DNA of 64,000 bases from an uncultured Clostridia bacterium (GTDB lineage: Bacteria; Bacillota; Clostridia; TANB77; CAG-508): contig CAKOVU010000003.1 of NCBI GenBank assembly GCA_934122115.1, positions 64,442 to 128,441 of the forward strand, given 5' to 3'. The notes beneath the pieces were generated by a model. It had not been told where the DNA came from. It did no database searches and worked only from the letters and a program-made list of their open reading frames with translations. Positions 39,905-50,305 of this stretch are shown in pieces. The stretch's first letter is position 1. Every line of letters begins with the position of its first letter. A program made the position numbers and the translations under genes.

Positions 39905-41722
39905 ATGAGAAAAGATGACGATAACAAAAAAAAGAAAAATAAAATCTTGAAAATAATACTATATTGTATAATAGCTGCTTTAATAGTAGGAATTGTAGCA
40001 ATAGGAGTAGTATACTCTTTAAAAAATAAAAAAGATGACACAGAGATTAAAGAGGGTGAAATTGCTTACACAGAATTAATAAAACAAATGGATGATGGCA
40101 ATGTTGAACAAATAAAAATGACAGTAGGAAGCACATCTATTAAAGTAAAGTTAAAAGATGAAGAAGAAAGTAAAAAAGCAATAATACCTAGCACACAAGC
40201 ATTTATGGAATTGATTCATCAAAAAATGCAAGAAGGAAAAGAAATAGAACTTATTCAAGAAAACCAAAGCGCAATACTTTCAATTAGTGAAAAAGTTTTT
40301 TCACTATTACCAACAATTATGATAGTAATCCTATTTGTGCTATTAATACAAATGCAGGGACTAGGCAGCAAAGGAAAAGTGTATGATGCAGAAGAGGAAA
40401 AAATAAAAACAACTTTTGATGATGTTGCTGGTATAGATGAAGAAAAAGAAGAAATGCTTGAAATTGTTAACTTCTTAAAAAATCCAGAAGAATTTTACAA
40501 AATGGGAGCTAAAATTCCAAGAGGAGTATTACTTTGTGGAGAACCTGGTACAGGTAAAACATTAATAGCAAAGGCTATAGCGGGACAAGCTGGAGTTCCA
40601 TTTATTCCAATGAGTGGCTCAGAATTTATAGAAATGTTTGCAGGTCTAGGAGCTTCAAGAGTAAGAAAATTATTCGAAAAAGCAGAAAAATTATCACCAT
40701 GTATTATTTTTATAGATGAAATAGACGCTATAGGAGCTAGAAGAACAGATGCTTCTGGAGCAGAAACAGAAAATAACCAAACATTAAACCAATTATTAGT
40801 TGAAATGGATGGATTTAATTCTGATAATACAGTAATAGTTTTAGCAGCAACAAATAGACCTGAAATGCTTGATAAAGCGCTTTTAAGACCAGGAAGATTT
40901 GATAGACAAATAACTATTGCTTTACCTGATTTAAATGGTAGAGAAGCAATTTTGAAGATTCATAGCAAGGACAAAAAACTAGCTGATGATGTGGATTTAA
41001 AATCTATAGCAGGCAATACTGCAGGATTTACTGGAGCAGAGCTATCAAATATACTTAATGAAGCAGCAATAATAGCAACAATCAATAAACATGAATATAT
41101 AACAAACGAAGATATTGATAATGCAGTAAAAAAGGTGACTGTGGGAATTGAAAAACATAGTAGAATAATGTCTGATAAAGATAAATATTTAACTGCATAC
41201 CATGAAGCAGGACATGCAGTAGTAAGCAAATTCTTGGATACACAAAAAAATATAAAGGAAATATCAATCATACCAAGAGGCGTTGCTGGTGGATACACAA
41301 TGTATAAGACAAATGAAGATAAATATTATGTTTCTAAAACAGAAATGAAAGAGAAACTAATAGCATTATTAGGAGGAAGAGCAGCTGAGAAGTTAGTTTT
41401 AAGTGATATATCTACAGGAGCAAGCAATGACCTAGAAGTAGCTACTGATATAGCTAAGAAAATGATAACAATCTATGGAATGAGTGATAATATTGGTCCT
41501 ATAAGCATTAACTTAGAAAAAGACCCATATCAAATGCAATTATTCGGGGATAGAATAGAAGATGAAATAGGAACAGAAATTAAAATGCTAATAGACGAGG
41601 CTTATGTTAAAGCACAAAATATATTATTAGAGCATAGAGAAAAATTAGACCAATTATCAACAATATTAATGGAAAAAGAAGTAGTATCAGAGCAAGAAAT
41701 TGAAAAAATATTTGAAGATTAA
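39905..41722 (+). CDS. ftsH: ATP-dependent zinc metalloprotease FtsH.
   Basis: 'LLCGEPGTGKTLIAKAIAGQAGVPF', 'HEAGHAV'. Confidence 0.95.
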   Translation: MRKDDDNKKKKNKILKIILYCIIAALIVGIVAIGVVYSLKNKKDDTEIKEGEIAYTELIKQMDDGNVEQIKMTVGSTSIKVKLKDEEESKKAIIPSTQAFMELIHQKMQEGKEIELIQENQSAILSISEKVFSLLPTIMIVILFVLLIQMQGLGSKGKVYDAEEEKIKTTFDDVAGIDEEKEEMLEIVNFLKNPEEFYKMGAKIPRGVLLCGEPGTGKTLIAKAIAGQAGVPFIPMSGSEFIEMFAGLGASRVRKLFEKAEKLSPCIIFIDEIDAIGARRTDASGAETENNQTLNQLLVEMDGFNSDNTVIVLAATNRPEMLDKALLRPGRFDRQITIALPDLNGREAILKIHSKDKKLADDVDLKSIAGNTAGFTGAELSNILNEAAIIATINKHEYITNEDIDNAVKKVTVGIEKHSRIMSDKDKYLTAYHEAGHAVVSKFLDTQKNIKEISIIPRGVAGGYTMYKTNEDKYYVSKTEMKEKLIALLGGRAAEKLVLSDISTGASNDLEVATDIAKKMITIYGMSDNIGPISINLEKDPYQMQLFGDRIEDEIGTEIKMLIDEAYVKAQNILLEHREKLDQLSTILMEKEVVSEQEIEKIFED

Positions 41723-41725
41723 CAA

Positions 41726-41768
41726 TAAAAAACTTATAAACAGTATTAAATGTTTATAAGTTTTTTTA
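41726..41768. terminator. Bidirectional terminator between convergent ftsH and the gerXC gene.
   Basis: AACTTATAAACA...TGTTTATAAGTT followed by T7. Confidence 0.8.
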
Positions 41769-41771
41769 TAT

Positions 41772-43025
41772 CTATAGACTTAAAAAGCTATATCCAGATC
41801 TTATTTTAGAGGATACATTTACTTCAAAAAAGCTATCTTTATATTTATTGAGCCAATCGTAATTATCCCATTCTTGTTTAGTTAAAAAATATTTAATAGC
41901 TTGTTTTCCAAATCCATCAATATCTGAATTAAATTCTTTAGAAGTTTTATATAAATAAGAAGAAATTAATTCTTTAAAATATACATTTATTTTTTCTTCT
42001 AGTTTTTCAGTAGTTTCACTTTTTAAATAATCCTTACCAGGTGTAATAGCTAGCATTCGAACAGATAAATTAACATCAATCTTAATAAAAGGTGTCTCAT
42101 TTACTAATTTAACAGTTCGTTTGGGATTATTCTTTAATTGAATGCTTACATTTATATTTTCAGAATTGCCTTCTGGATCTTCTATTTGTACATTACATGA
42201 ATTTAACTTGCCAGATATTATCATATGACAAATGTTTTCTAAACCATCTAGTTCACCAACTAATTTTCCCCATCTAAAAACAGCAACACCCATGGTCTCC
42301 ACGTGATTGTCAGCGGTAATAGGCGTTTCACCTGCAACATATGAGCTATCTTTATTAATCTGATTTGAAGAAGCATCATATGAATGTGAAGAAGAAATAT
42401 TTACATTCCCTAAAGTTGCTACTGGCTGACTACATGTATCTAAAAGCGAATTTAAAAAATCAATTAATGGTACAGAAGTTGTATAACCAGTGTATTTACT
42501 AGAATTAGGAGCTATTTGATAGTATCTAGCAGAAAATGTTTCTAGTACTGGACTGGACATTTTTAAATAATTGCTTGCAGTGCATTTTGTTATAGTAACA
42601 TTTGCATGAGGACTTACTTGCACATTATCACATAATTCATATATATATAAAGATAAATCTGTTACAGCCAACTCCTCAGAAATAATAATAGCTTTACAAT
42701 GTGATAAATCAATAGCCCTACTAATATAACTATTTAAAAGATTTATTCCACTTTCTATACTTGAACATTCAACAGAAGCTAAAGTAGAAGCTGTAGATTG
42801 AGAAGATGATGAAGAAGCCTCAGAAGAGGAATTATTAGGATTGGCAAGTTGTATAGTAACTTTAAGATTATTATTTGAGCCCACGTCAAGAGCTAGAGCA
42901 ACTACATAAGCTAATTTATCAATACTTTCTGATGAGAATGAACCAGAAATACCAGACCCAATTAAAATTATTATAATTGTAATAATAACAAATATTTTAA
43001 TAGCAATACCATATAATTTTTGCAT
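41772..43025 (-). CDS. Spore germination protein, Ger(x)C family.
   Basis: N-terminal signal/anchor. C-terminal GerAC-domain pattern '...GKQAIKYFLTKQEWDNYDWLNKYKDSFFEVNVSSKIRSGY'. Confidence 0.75.
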   Translation of the reverse strand: MQKLYGIAIKIFVIITIIIILIGSGISGSFSSESIDKLAYVVALALDVGSNNNLKVTIQLANPNNSSSEASSSSSQSTASTLASVECSSIESGINLLNSYISRAIDLSHCKAIIISEELAVTDLSLYIYELCDNVQVSPHANVTITKCTASNYLKMSSPVLETFSARYYQIAPNSSKYTGYTTSVPLIDFLNSLLDTCSQPVATLGNVNISSSHSYDASSNQINKDSSYVAGETPITADNHVETMGVAVFRWGKLVGELDGLENICHMIISGKLNSCNVQIEDPEGNSENINVSIQLKNNPKRTVKLVNETPFIKIDVNLSVRMLAITPGKDYLKSETTEKLEEKINVYFKELISSYLYKTSKEFNSDIDGFGKQAIKYFLTKQEWDNYDWLNKYKDSFFEVNVSSKIRSGYSFLSL

Positions 43026-43028
43026 AAT

Positions 43029-44141
43029 TTAATCCTCCTTTTTATCAGGTAAATGACTTCTCTTAAATTTAATATTTGCTAGTATCAAAATAATAGGAAA
43101 GATTATCAGCATTAAAGGAATTGATACAAATTTATATAAATATTCTTCTAAACGTCTAGCTTGTAACATATTTTGAGGAATCATAGAAATTCCAAATAAT
43201 AAAATACATATTACAATAATTAATAGTTTAGCGTTCTTAATCTTAGTCAGCTTCTGTGAAAATCTCGTTATAAATAGAACCACTAAATTTAAGAAAGTCA
43301 TGTTAGCAATGATACAAACAAATATAAATAAAGATTCTGGATGCTGTATGAAGGTGCCGAAGTCATTATTAGTTATAACAGTATATATACATGAAATATC
43401 TTTTATGGATGTACTAAAACTTAGAGAAAATAATAAACATGCTACAGACAAGAATAGTAGAATGCTAATTATAACAGAAGATATAATGGCTACTGTTTTA
43501 AAATTTTTCTTTTCTGCTAACACAGGCATAATAAAGTATAAGAATGTTAAAGAGTTAAAAGCAAATATATTTGATAAACCACCTATAAAAGTTTCAAAGG
43601 CTCCATATCCCAATATAGGAAAAATCCTTTGCCACACTATATTGGGAAAAGCAGAAGTAAAGGTAATAATTAAGGAGCCAATCATTAATAAAACGATGAA
43701 AACATTAGATTTAAAGATAGCCTTTTCTCCTAATAAATTTGAAACACATGTTGTTATAATAAAGAATATTAACAAATAAATTACATTTGTTTCATAATAG
43801 TAAATATTGTGTATCATCTCAGAAAAATCACGTATTATTAAACTAGCAAACGAAGCTAAGTAGAAAATAATCATTACAGATACTATTATTTTTAAAGTAC
43901 GACCGCCTAAAAATTCAGAAATATCTACTATGTCTGAATTAGAAAAATTTTTAAAAAGCTTAGCTAATAAACACGAGAAAAAGATGGCGATTAAGCTTAA
44001 TATAAGAATATTTATTAAGCATGATGAGCCACAAGATAAAAGAAAATATTCTGGTAAGTTTAAAATCAATTTATTTACAGTGCAAGCAATAATTATGCAT
44101 ACAGCCTCCATTGTAGTTATTTTTGTAATTGTGTTACTCAT
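43029..44141 (-). CDS. Spore germination protein, GerAB family (APC-type integral membrane subunit).
   Basis: 370 aa, about 10 TM segments. Located between the A and C subunits. Confidence 0.7.
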   Translation of the reverse strand: MSNTITKITTMEAVCIIIACTVNKLILNLPEYFLLSCGSSCLINILILSLIAIFFSCLLAKLFKNFSNSDIVDISEFLGGRTLKIIVSVMIIFYLASFASLIIRDFSEMIHNIYYYETNVIYLLIFFIITTCVSNLLGEKAIFKSNVFIVLLMIGSLIITFTSAFPNIVWQRIFPILGYGAFETFIGGLSNIFAFNSLTFLYFIMPVLAEKKNFKTVAIISSVIISILLFLSVACLLFSLSFSTSIKDISCIYTVITNNDFGTFIQHPESLFIFVCIIANMTFLNLVVLFITRFSQKLTKIKNAKLLIIVICILLFGISMIPQNMLQARRLEEYLYKFVSIPLMLIIFPIILILANIKFKRSHLPDKKED

Positions 44142-44162
44142 ATATTAACCTCTTTCTAAAAA

Positions 44163-45932
44163 TTATGATTTATATTTCCAAGACATACTTATATCATCTT
44201 GTTCTTTAGGACGTTTGCTCTTCAAAAATGAGGCACGATTTTCTCTTTTCCAAGCAGCTTTTAAAATTAATCCTCTTCCAAAGTTAGTGTTGTTCATTAT
44301 ATTTGGTTCTATATAGGAAACGCCAAATGATTTTAAACTGCATAAAAACATTAGATGAATAACCATTGCGCTTGCTATACCGAGAAAGCCGGTTATAGCA
44401 CCAAGAATTATATATATAAATCTTGTAATTCTAGCATGAAAGCCCAAGGAAATATCTGGAATGGAAAAAGAGCATATTCCTGTTAAAGATACTATTATTA
44501 TTAAAATTGGACTAACAATGCTTGCGTCAACAGCGGCCTGTCCTAATACCAGTGCGCCTACGATTCCCAGAGTCGGACCTATAGGATTAGGAACTCTTAC
44601 ACTTGCTTCACGAATAAGCTCAAAAGAAAACTCCATTACCAAGATTTCAAAAATAATAGGAAACGGTACGGATTCTCTTGAAGCTATGATTGCAAACAAA
44701 AGTTCTGTAGGAATTAACTCTTGATGAAAATTAACAATTGCCATATATAATCCAGGAAGAAGTACTGCAACAAATAAAGCTACAAAACGTAAAATTCTTA
44801 TAAAATTAGAATATTGATGCTTTATATTATAATCTTCCGGAGAGTTTATGAAATCCATTAAAATTCCAGGAGCAATTAACACATAGGGGCTACCATTTAC
44901 GATTATAACAACTCTACCTTCAAAAATCATATTAGAAGCTCTATCAGGCCTTTCGGTAGATAAAAGTTGTGGAAGAGAAGACCTACCATCATCTTGAATT
45001 AATTGTTCTAATTGACCAGATGAGATGATGTAATCTATATTAAGATTGTTTACTCTATATTTAACTTCCGCAACTAAATCAGAATTTGCAATATTTTTTA
45101 AATAGCATATTGCACAAGGAGTTTTACTTATCTTACCAAGTTCTACAGATTCTATTACTAAATTCTCATTATTAATATATCTTCTTAATAATGATGTGTT
45201 AGTACGTAAATTCTCAGTAAAACCAACCTGAGAACCACGAATAATTATTTCATTATTAGGGGAAGACAAGCCTCTTTTTTCAAAACCTTTTACTTCAATA
45301 TCAAAAGCCACATCTATACTGTCAATAAATAAAGCACAATTTCCAGAATTGATACCTGAAATTAATTCATTAAAATCATTAGTTTTATTTAAAGTGTTTT
45401 GTGGCAATAAACAATCAGATATATATTCCACAATATCAAATTTTTTTACTTTTCGTACTGTTATGTTATTGGTTACAACTTCAGAGATTATTCTATTTTG
45501 ATTACCATCATATGAATTGGCAGTGTTTTTTAACATCAATGGTTTTAGAATAAAATTGTTCATAACATCCTGGTTTATCATACCATCTATATAAACAAGG
45601 AAAGCTTTATATTGCTTATTTCGCGCAGTTAAAATAAACTCTCTAATTTGTATATCTGAATTAATCATACTGTTGTAGCATGTTTTGATGTATTCAAGAT
45701 TGAGACTTAGTACAGGAAATACTTGCTTAGGTTTATCATTATTTATTGTTTGATTATTTAATGTTAAAGCATCTGAGTTTGGATTTTCTTTGTTTATAAT
45801 TGGGTTAGTAGTAGTATCTAATGAAAAATCGTAATCATTATCTTGTGATTCGCTAAATAAATCTTTAAATAAACTTTTTATATAATTAAACATATCTTTT
45901 TCCTCTTTTATAGTTTTGCTTATTATTTCCAA
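44163..45932 (-). CDS. Spore germination protein, GerAA family (A subunit). An alternative start at 45893 (MFNYIK...) has the better RBS.
   Basis: Large soluble N-terminal domain followed by a C-terminal TM region. Adjacent B and C subunits form a gerA-type tricistronic operon. Confidence 0.8.
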   Translation of the reverse strand: MEIISKTIKEEKDMFNYIKSLFKDLFSESQDNDYDFSLDTTTNPIINKENPNSDALTLNNQTINNDKPKQVFPVLSLNLEYIKTCYNSMINSDIQIREFILTARNKQYKAFLVYIDGMINQDVMNNFILKPLMLKNTANSYDGNQNRIISEVVTNNITVRKVKKFDIVEYISDCLLPQNTLNKTNDFNELISGINSGNCALFIDSIDVAFDIEVKGFEKRGLSSPNNEIIIRGSQVGFTENLRTNTSLLRRYINNENLVIESVELGKISKTPCAICYLKNIANSDLVAEVKYRVNNLNIDYIISSGQLEQLIQDDGRSSLPQLLSTERPDRASNMIFEGRVVIIVNGSPYVLIAPGILMDFINSPEDYNIKHQYSNFIRILRFVALFVAVLLPGLYMAIVNFHQELIPTELLFAIIASRESVPFPIIFEILVMEFSFELIREASVRVPNPIGPTLGIVGALVLGQAAVDASIVSPILIIIVSLTGICSFSIPDISLGFHARITRFIYIILGAITGFLGIASAMVIHLMFLCSLKSFGVSYIEPNIMNNTNFGRGLILKAAWKRENRASFLKSKRPKEQDDISMSWKYKS

Positions 45933-46057
45933 AATAAATTTGAAATATACATTTTTAATTATTTATGAATAATTATTTGAAATCCATAATATAAATTAGT
46001 AAAGTTTAGTGTACAAACATTTTTTAACTTTATATATAATAGGAGGGAAAAAGGAAA

Positions 46058-47536
46058 ATGGAAGATAATCACTTATATCAAGATATAGCTAAAAGAACAG
46101 ATGGTGATATCTATGTTGGAGTTGTAGGCCCTGTTAGAACAGGTAAATCTACTTTTATAAAGAGATTTATGGACTTATTAGTGATTCCTAATATAGATAA
46201 TGAATACAAGAAGGAAAGAGCAAGGGATGAACTACCACAAAGTGCAGGTGGCAGAACTATTATGACTACAGAGCCAAAATTTATTCCTAATGAAGCGGTT
46301 GGGATAACTGTGGGTGATAATATTAAATTGAATGTAAGATTGGTTGATTGTGTTGGATATCTGGTTAATAATGCGATAGGATATCTGGAAGATGAAATGC
46401 CAAGAATGGTAAAAACTCCATGGTCTGATGAAGAGATGCCATTTGAGCAAGCTGCGGAGATAGGAACTAAGAAGGTTATTCAGGAGCATTCTACAATAGG
46501 AATTTTAGTTACTACAGATGGTAGTGTTACTGATATACCAAGAGAGGATTATATAGAAGCGGAAGAAAGAGTTGTAAGGGAATTACAGGAACTTAATAAG
46601 CCTTTTATAATTGTATTAAATTCAGCAGAACCTTACTCTGATTATACACAATCGTTAGCAGCAAAACTTCAAGAAAAGTATTCCACACAGGTAATTCCTA
46701 CAGATTGTGAGAACTTGACAAATGAGAATATAGATGAAATTTTTGGTAAGGTATTATATGAGTTCCCAGTAGAACAAATGAATATTAATTTTCCAAGATG
46801 GGTGGATGGCTTACCAGATGACCATTGGTTAAAGGAAGAAATATGTGATGAGATAAAAAATGCGTTTAAGGATGTAACTATCTTAAAACAGGTAGATGGA
46901 GGAATTAGTAAATTACAAAATACAGAAGTTATTCAAACTACAGTTATAAATGATATACAGCTTGGAACTGGAAGTATAAATATAACAATTAATTTGATGG
47001 ATAATTTATTCTATAAGGTTTTAACAGAGATTTCTGGAGTAGAGATTTCTAATGAGGGAGAATTATTTTCTACAATGATTTCTTTTGCCAATGTGAAGAA
47101 ATCATATGATAAAGTTGCATATGCTTTACAAGAAGTTAAAACTAAGGGATATGGAATTGTTAGCCCAAGTATAGATGAGCTTATTTTAGATGAACCGGAG
47201 ATGGTAAAACAAGGTTCAAGATATGGGGTAAAACTAAAAGCAAGAGCTCCTTCAATACATATGATAAGAGCAGATATAGAAACAGAGGTTTCTCCAATAG
47301 TAGGAAGTGAAAAGCAATCACAAGAATTAGTAGAATACCTTCTTTCGGAATTTGAAAGTGATCCTAAGAAAATATGGGAATCAAATATATTTGGTAAGAG
47401 CTTACATGAGCTTGTAAATGAAGGACTGCAAAATAAGCTTTCTCGTATGCCGGAAGATGCACAAGGTAAATTGCAAGAAACATTGGAAAGAATTGTTAAT
47501 GAGGGAAGTGGAGGATTGATTTGTATAATTCTGTAA
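46058..47536 (+). CDS. spoIVA: Stage IV sporulation protein A (coat morphogenetic ATPase).
   Basis: 'IYVGVVGPVRTGKSTFIKRFMDLLVIPNI' Walker A. 492 aa. Confidence 0.9.
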   Translation: MEDNHLYQDIAKRTDGDIYVGVVGPVRTGKSTFIKRFMDLLVIPNIDNEYKKERARDELPQSAGGRTIMTTEPKFIPNEAVGITVGDNIKLNVRLVDCVGYLVNNAIGYLEDEMPRMVKTPWSDEEMPFEQAAEIGTKKVIQEHSTIGILVTTDGSVTDIPREDYIEAEERVVRELQELNKPFIIVLNSAEPYSDYTQSLAAKLQEKYSTQVIPTDCENLTNENIDEIFGKVLYEFPVEQMNINFPRWVDGLPDDHWLKEEICDEIKNAFKDVTILKQVDGGISKLQNTEVIQTTVINDIQLGTGSINITINLMDNLFYKVLTEISGVEISNEGELFSTMISFANVKKSYDKVAYALQEVKTKGYGIVSPSIDELILDEPEMVKQGSRYGVKLKARAPSIHMIRADIETEVSPIVGSEKQSQELVEYLLSEFESDPKKIWESNIFGKSLHELVNEGLQNKLSRMPEDAQGKLQETLERIVNEGSGGLICIIL

Positions 47537-47593
47537 CGTAATTGTAATATTTTTGTGATAAAACAATGATGAAACGCAAAATATAAGACCTAG

Positions 47594-47650
47594 CGATATC
47601 AAAGATATCGTCACTGTCCCTTATAGAAATTCTATAAGGGACTACTTTTA
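47594..47650 (+). terminator. Two consecutive hairpins after spoIVA, the second followed by a T-rich tract.
   Basis: CGATATC-AAA-GATATCG, then GTCCCTTATAGA-AAT-TCTATAAGGGAC, then TACTTTTAT. Confidence 0.55.
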
Positions 47651-47755
47651 TGTAAACGGATAGCTTGATAAGGAAATATGAATATGATAATATATACACA
47701 TATTAAGTTAAAATTAATATTATACAGTAATAAATACATTAGGAGGCAGATAGCA

Positions 47756-49003
47756 ATGCAGAATAAATTAGAACAAGCAATAAACATATTAGAGAAAAAT
47801 AATCAACTACAAGTAGCTAAATTAATAAAAGTATTGAATAAAGAAAAACAAGAAAAATTAGTAAATCAAGTATTATCAATAGATTTTGAACAGTTAAATA
47901 ACTTATATCATAAAGCAACTCAGAAACCGGAAATTCTAGAGAAAAAAATAGAATACATCAAATATGTAGATAAAAACAAATTATCAGAAGAAGAGTTGAA
48001 TTTATACAAGTCAGAGGGAGAAAAAATAATAAAAAATAATCAATATGCTGTAGTTACTATGGCAGGTGGGCAAGGAACTAGATTAGGTCATAAAGGACCA
48101 AAGGGCAGCTTTTTACTTAATGTAAAGCCACATCCTAAATATCTTTTTCAAATACTAGCAGAAGGCCTAATAAAAGCAAATCAAAAGTATAATGTTATTT
48201 TACCTTGGTACATAATGACAAGTACGGAAAACAACGATGAAACCATAAAATTCTTTGAAGATAATAATTATTTTGGTTATGATAAAAATTATATAAAATT
48301 CTTTGAACAGGGAAATTTACCATTAATATTAGAAAATGGCAAATTGGTAATAGATAAAGATTATTCTATAAAATTAGCCTCTGATGGTAATGGAAGCATA
48401 TACAAGGCAATGAGAAAAAATGGAATATTAGACGATATGAGAAAAAGAGGTATAAAGTGGATTTTTATAGGTGCAGTAGATAATGCATTACTAAATATGG
48501 TGGATCCAGTTTTGGTAGGTTTAACCATAGTGCAAGGAAATGAAACAGCTTCTAAATCAATAGCAAAAAAAGATCCAACAGAAAAAGTAGGTGCGTTTTG
48601 TAAAGCAAACGGAGTTCCTGCTGTAATAGAATATAGTGAATTACCTAAAGAAATGGCCCAGCTGAGAGATGAAAATGGAGAATTACTATATGGTGAGGCA
48701 CATATAATGTGCAATTTATTTACACTAGATGCAATAGAAAAAGTTTCAATGCAAGATTTAGAGTATCATGTAGCAAATAAGAAAACAGGATACATGGATG
48801 AAAACAATAATTTTATTGAAGTAACTGAGCCTAATGCATATAAATTTGAAGCATTTATATTTGATGCATTTAATTACTTTGATAGTATTTCTGTTCTAAG
48901 AGGAAAGAGGGAAGAGGACTTTGCTCCAGTAAAAAATAAAGAGGGGAATGATAGCCCTGAAACGGCTATAAAATTGTATAATGATTATCACATGAATGAT
49001 TAA
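47756..49003 (+). CDS. UDP-sugar pyrophosphorylase of the UDPGP (eukaryotic UAP1/AGX-like) family.
   Basis: 'AVVTMAGGQGTRLGHKGPKGSF'. The ATG at 47756 is preceded by AGGAGG. The ORF-track start at 47678 is probably an upstream extension. Confidence 0.7.
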   Translation: MQNKLEQAINILEKNNQLQVAKLIKVLNKEKQEKLVNQVLSIDFEQLNNLYHKATQKPEILEKKIEYIKYVDKNKLSEEELNLYKSEGEKIIKNNQYAVVTMAGGQGTRLGHKGPKGSFLLNVKPHPKYLFQILAEGLIKANQKYNVILPWYIMTSTENNDETIKFFEDNNYFGYDKNYIKFFEQGNLPLILENGKLVIDKDYSIKLASDGNGSIYKAMRKNGILDDMRKRGIKWIFIGAVDNALLNMVDPVLVGLTIVQGNETASKSIAKKDPTEKVGAFCKANGVPAVIEYSELPKEMAQLRDENGELLYGEAHIMCNLFTLDAIEKVSMQDLEYHVANKKTGYMDENNNFIEVTEPNAYKFEAFIFDAFNYFDSISVLRGKREEDFAPVKNKEGNDSPETAIKLYNDYHMND

Positions 49004-49018
49004 TGGAGGTAGATAATT

Positions 49019-50278
49019 ATGAAAAATATAACTGCATTAATAATGGCAGGGAAAAATGATTCACAGATGGTATCTAAGAAAACACAATTTGCTCAAAGTA
49101 TTTATGGAAAAGAAGTTATAAAAAGAGTAGTTGAATCTACAAGAAAAGCAGGAATTGAAGATATTGCAGTAATCGTTGGAAAAGATACAAAACAAGAAAT
49201 TGAACAAATTTTACAAAATAGTGTAAAATACATATATCAAGATGAAGTTTTGGGAACTGGTTATGCAATATTAAAAAGTGTGGATTACTTAAAAGCTAAA
49301 GAAGGAAATGTAATAATATTAAATGGAAACATACCATTGATAAAATCAGAAACAATAAAAAAATTGGCAAAAAAAGCAGAAAAAGAAGAAAATGCAGGAA
49401 CTATTTTGTCGGCTATTTCTAATAATCCAATTGGATATGGAAGAGTAATTAGAGATGTCAATAATATTAAGAAAATTGTAGAAGAATCTGATTTAGATGA
49501 AAAACAAAAGAGTATATTTGAAGTAAATGCTGGTGTTTATGTTTATAATATAAAAGAATTATTAAATGTAATAGATAGATTACAAAAAAATAAAATAGGA
49601 TTGTATTATATTACAGATATAATTGAAATGATGGCAGTACAAGGATTGAAAATAGGAGCTTTATTATTAGAAGATAATACGGAAGTTCTACCAGCAAATA
49701 ATAAAATTCAGTTGGAAATATTAAATAAAATATTACGTATTAGAATAAATACAATGCATATGCAAAATGGAGTTACAATAGAAGATATAAATAGTACATA
49801 TATTTATGATGATGTAAAAATAGGTATGGATACAATTATTAGGCCTAATACTACAATAAAATCTGGAGTTAAAATAGGTGAGGATTGTGATATAGGACCA
49901 AATGCTTACATAAGAGAAAATTGCGTGCTAGCAAATAAAGTAAAAGTTGGAAGCTTTGTAGAAATAAAGAAAGCGGTAATTGATGAAGGCTCTAAAGTTC
50001 CACATTTATCATATATGGGAGACTGCGAGATAGGCAAGAAAGTAAACATAGGCTGTGGAACAATAACATGTAATTATGATGGAGTAAATAAGAATAAAAC
50101 AAAAATTGGAAATGATTGCTTTATAGGTTCAAATGTAAACCTTGTTGCACCTGTAAAAATTGGAGATAATGTATTAGTAGCAGCGGGTTCAACAATAACA
50201 GATGATGTTCCAGCAGATGCATTAGCTATAGCTAGACAAAGACAAATAGTAAAAGAAGAATGGAATAAAAGAAATTAG
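49019..50278 (+). CDS. GlmU-like paralog: divergent nucleotidyltransferase domain plus conserved left-handed beta-helix acetyltransferase domain.
   Basis: C-terminal half almost colinear with GlmU ('RINTMHMQNGVTIED...HLSYMGDCEIG...NLVAPVKIG...AAGSTIT'). The N-terminal P-loop reads 'MAGKNDSQMVSKK' instead of 'AAGxGTRMKS'. Confidence 0.7.
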   Translation: MKNITALIMAGKNDSQMVSKKTQFAQSIYGKEVIKRVVESTRKAGIEDIAVIVGKDTKQEIEQILQNSVKYIYQDEVLGTGYAILKSVDYLKAKEGNVIILNGNIPLIKSETIKKLAKKAEKEENAGTILSAISNNPIGYGRVIRDVNNIKKIVEESDLDEKQKSIFEVNAGVYVYNIKELLNVIDRLQKNKIGLYYITDIIEMMAVQGLKIGALLLEDNTEVLPANNKIQLEILNKILRIRINTMHMQNGVTIEDINSTYIYDDVKIGMDTIIRPNTTIKSGVKIGEDCDIGPNAYIRENCVLANKVKVGSFVEIKKAVIDEGSKVPHLSYMGDCEIGKKVNIGCGTITCNYDGVNKNKTKIGNDCFIGSNVNLVAPVKIGDNVLVAAGSTITDDVPADALAIARQRQIVKEEWNKRN

Positions 50279-50305
50279 AAGACTCTAAATGAGCCTTCTG
50301 TTTTT

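Noticed and set aside
47678-47755. Upstream extension of the UDPGP gene (MNMIIYTHIKL...).
   Set aside because: Has no RBS and is low-complexity and AT-rich. The ATG at 47756 follows AGGAGG with ideal spacing.
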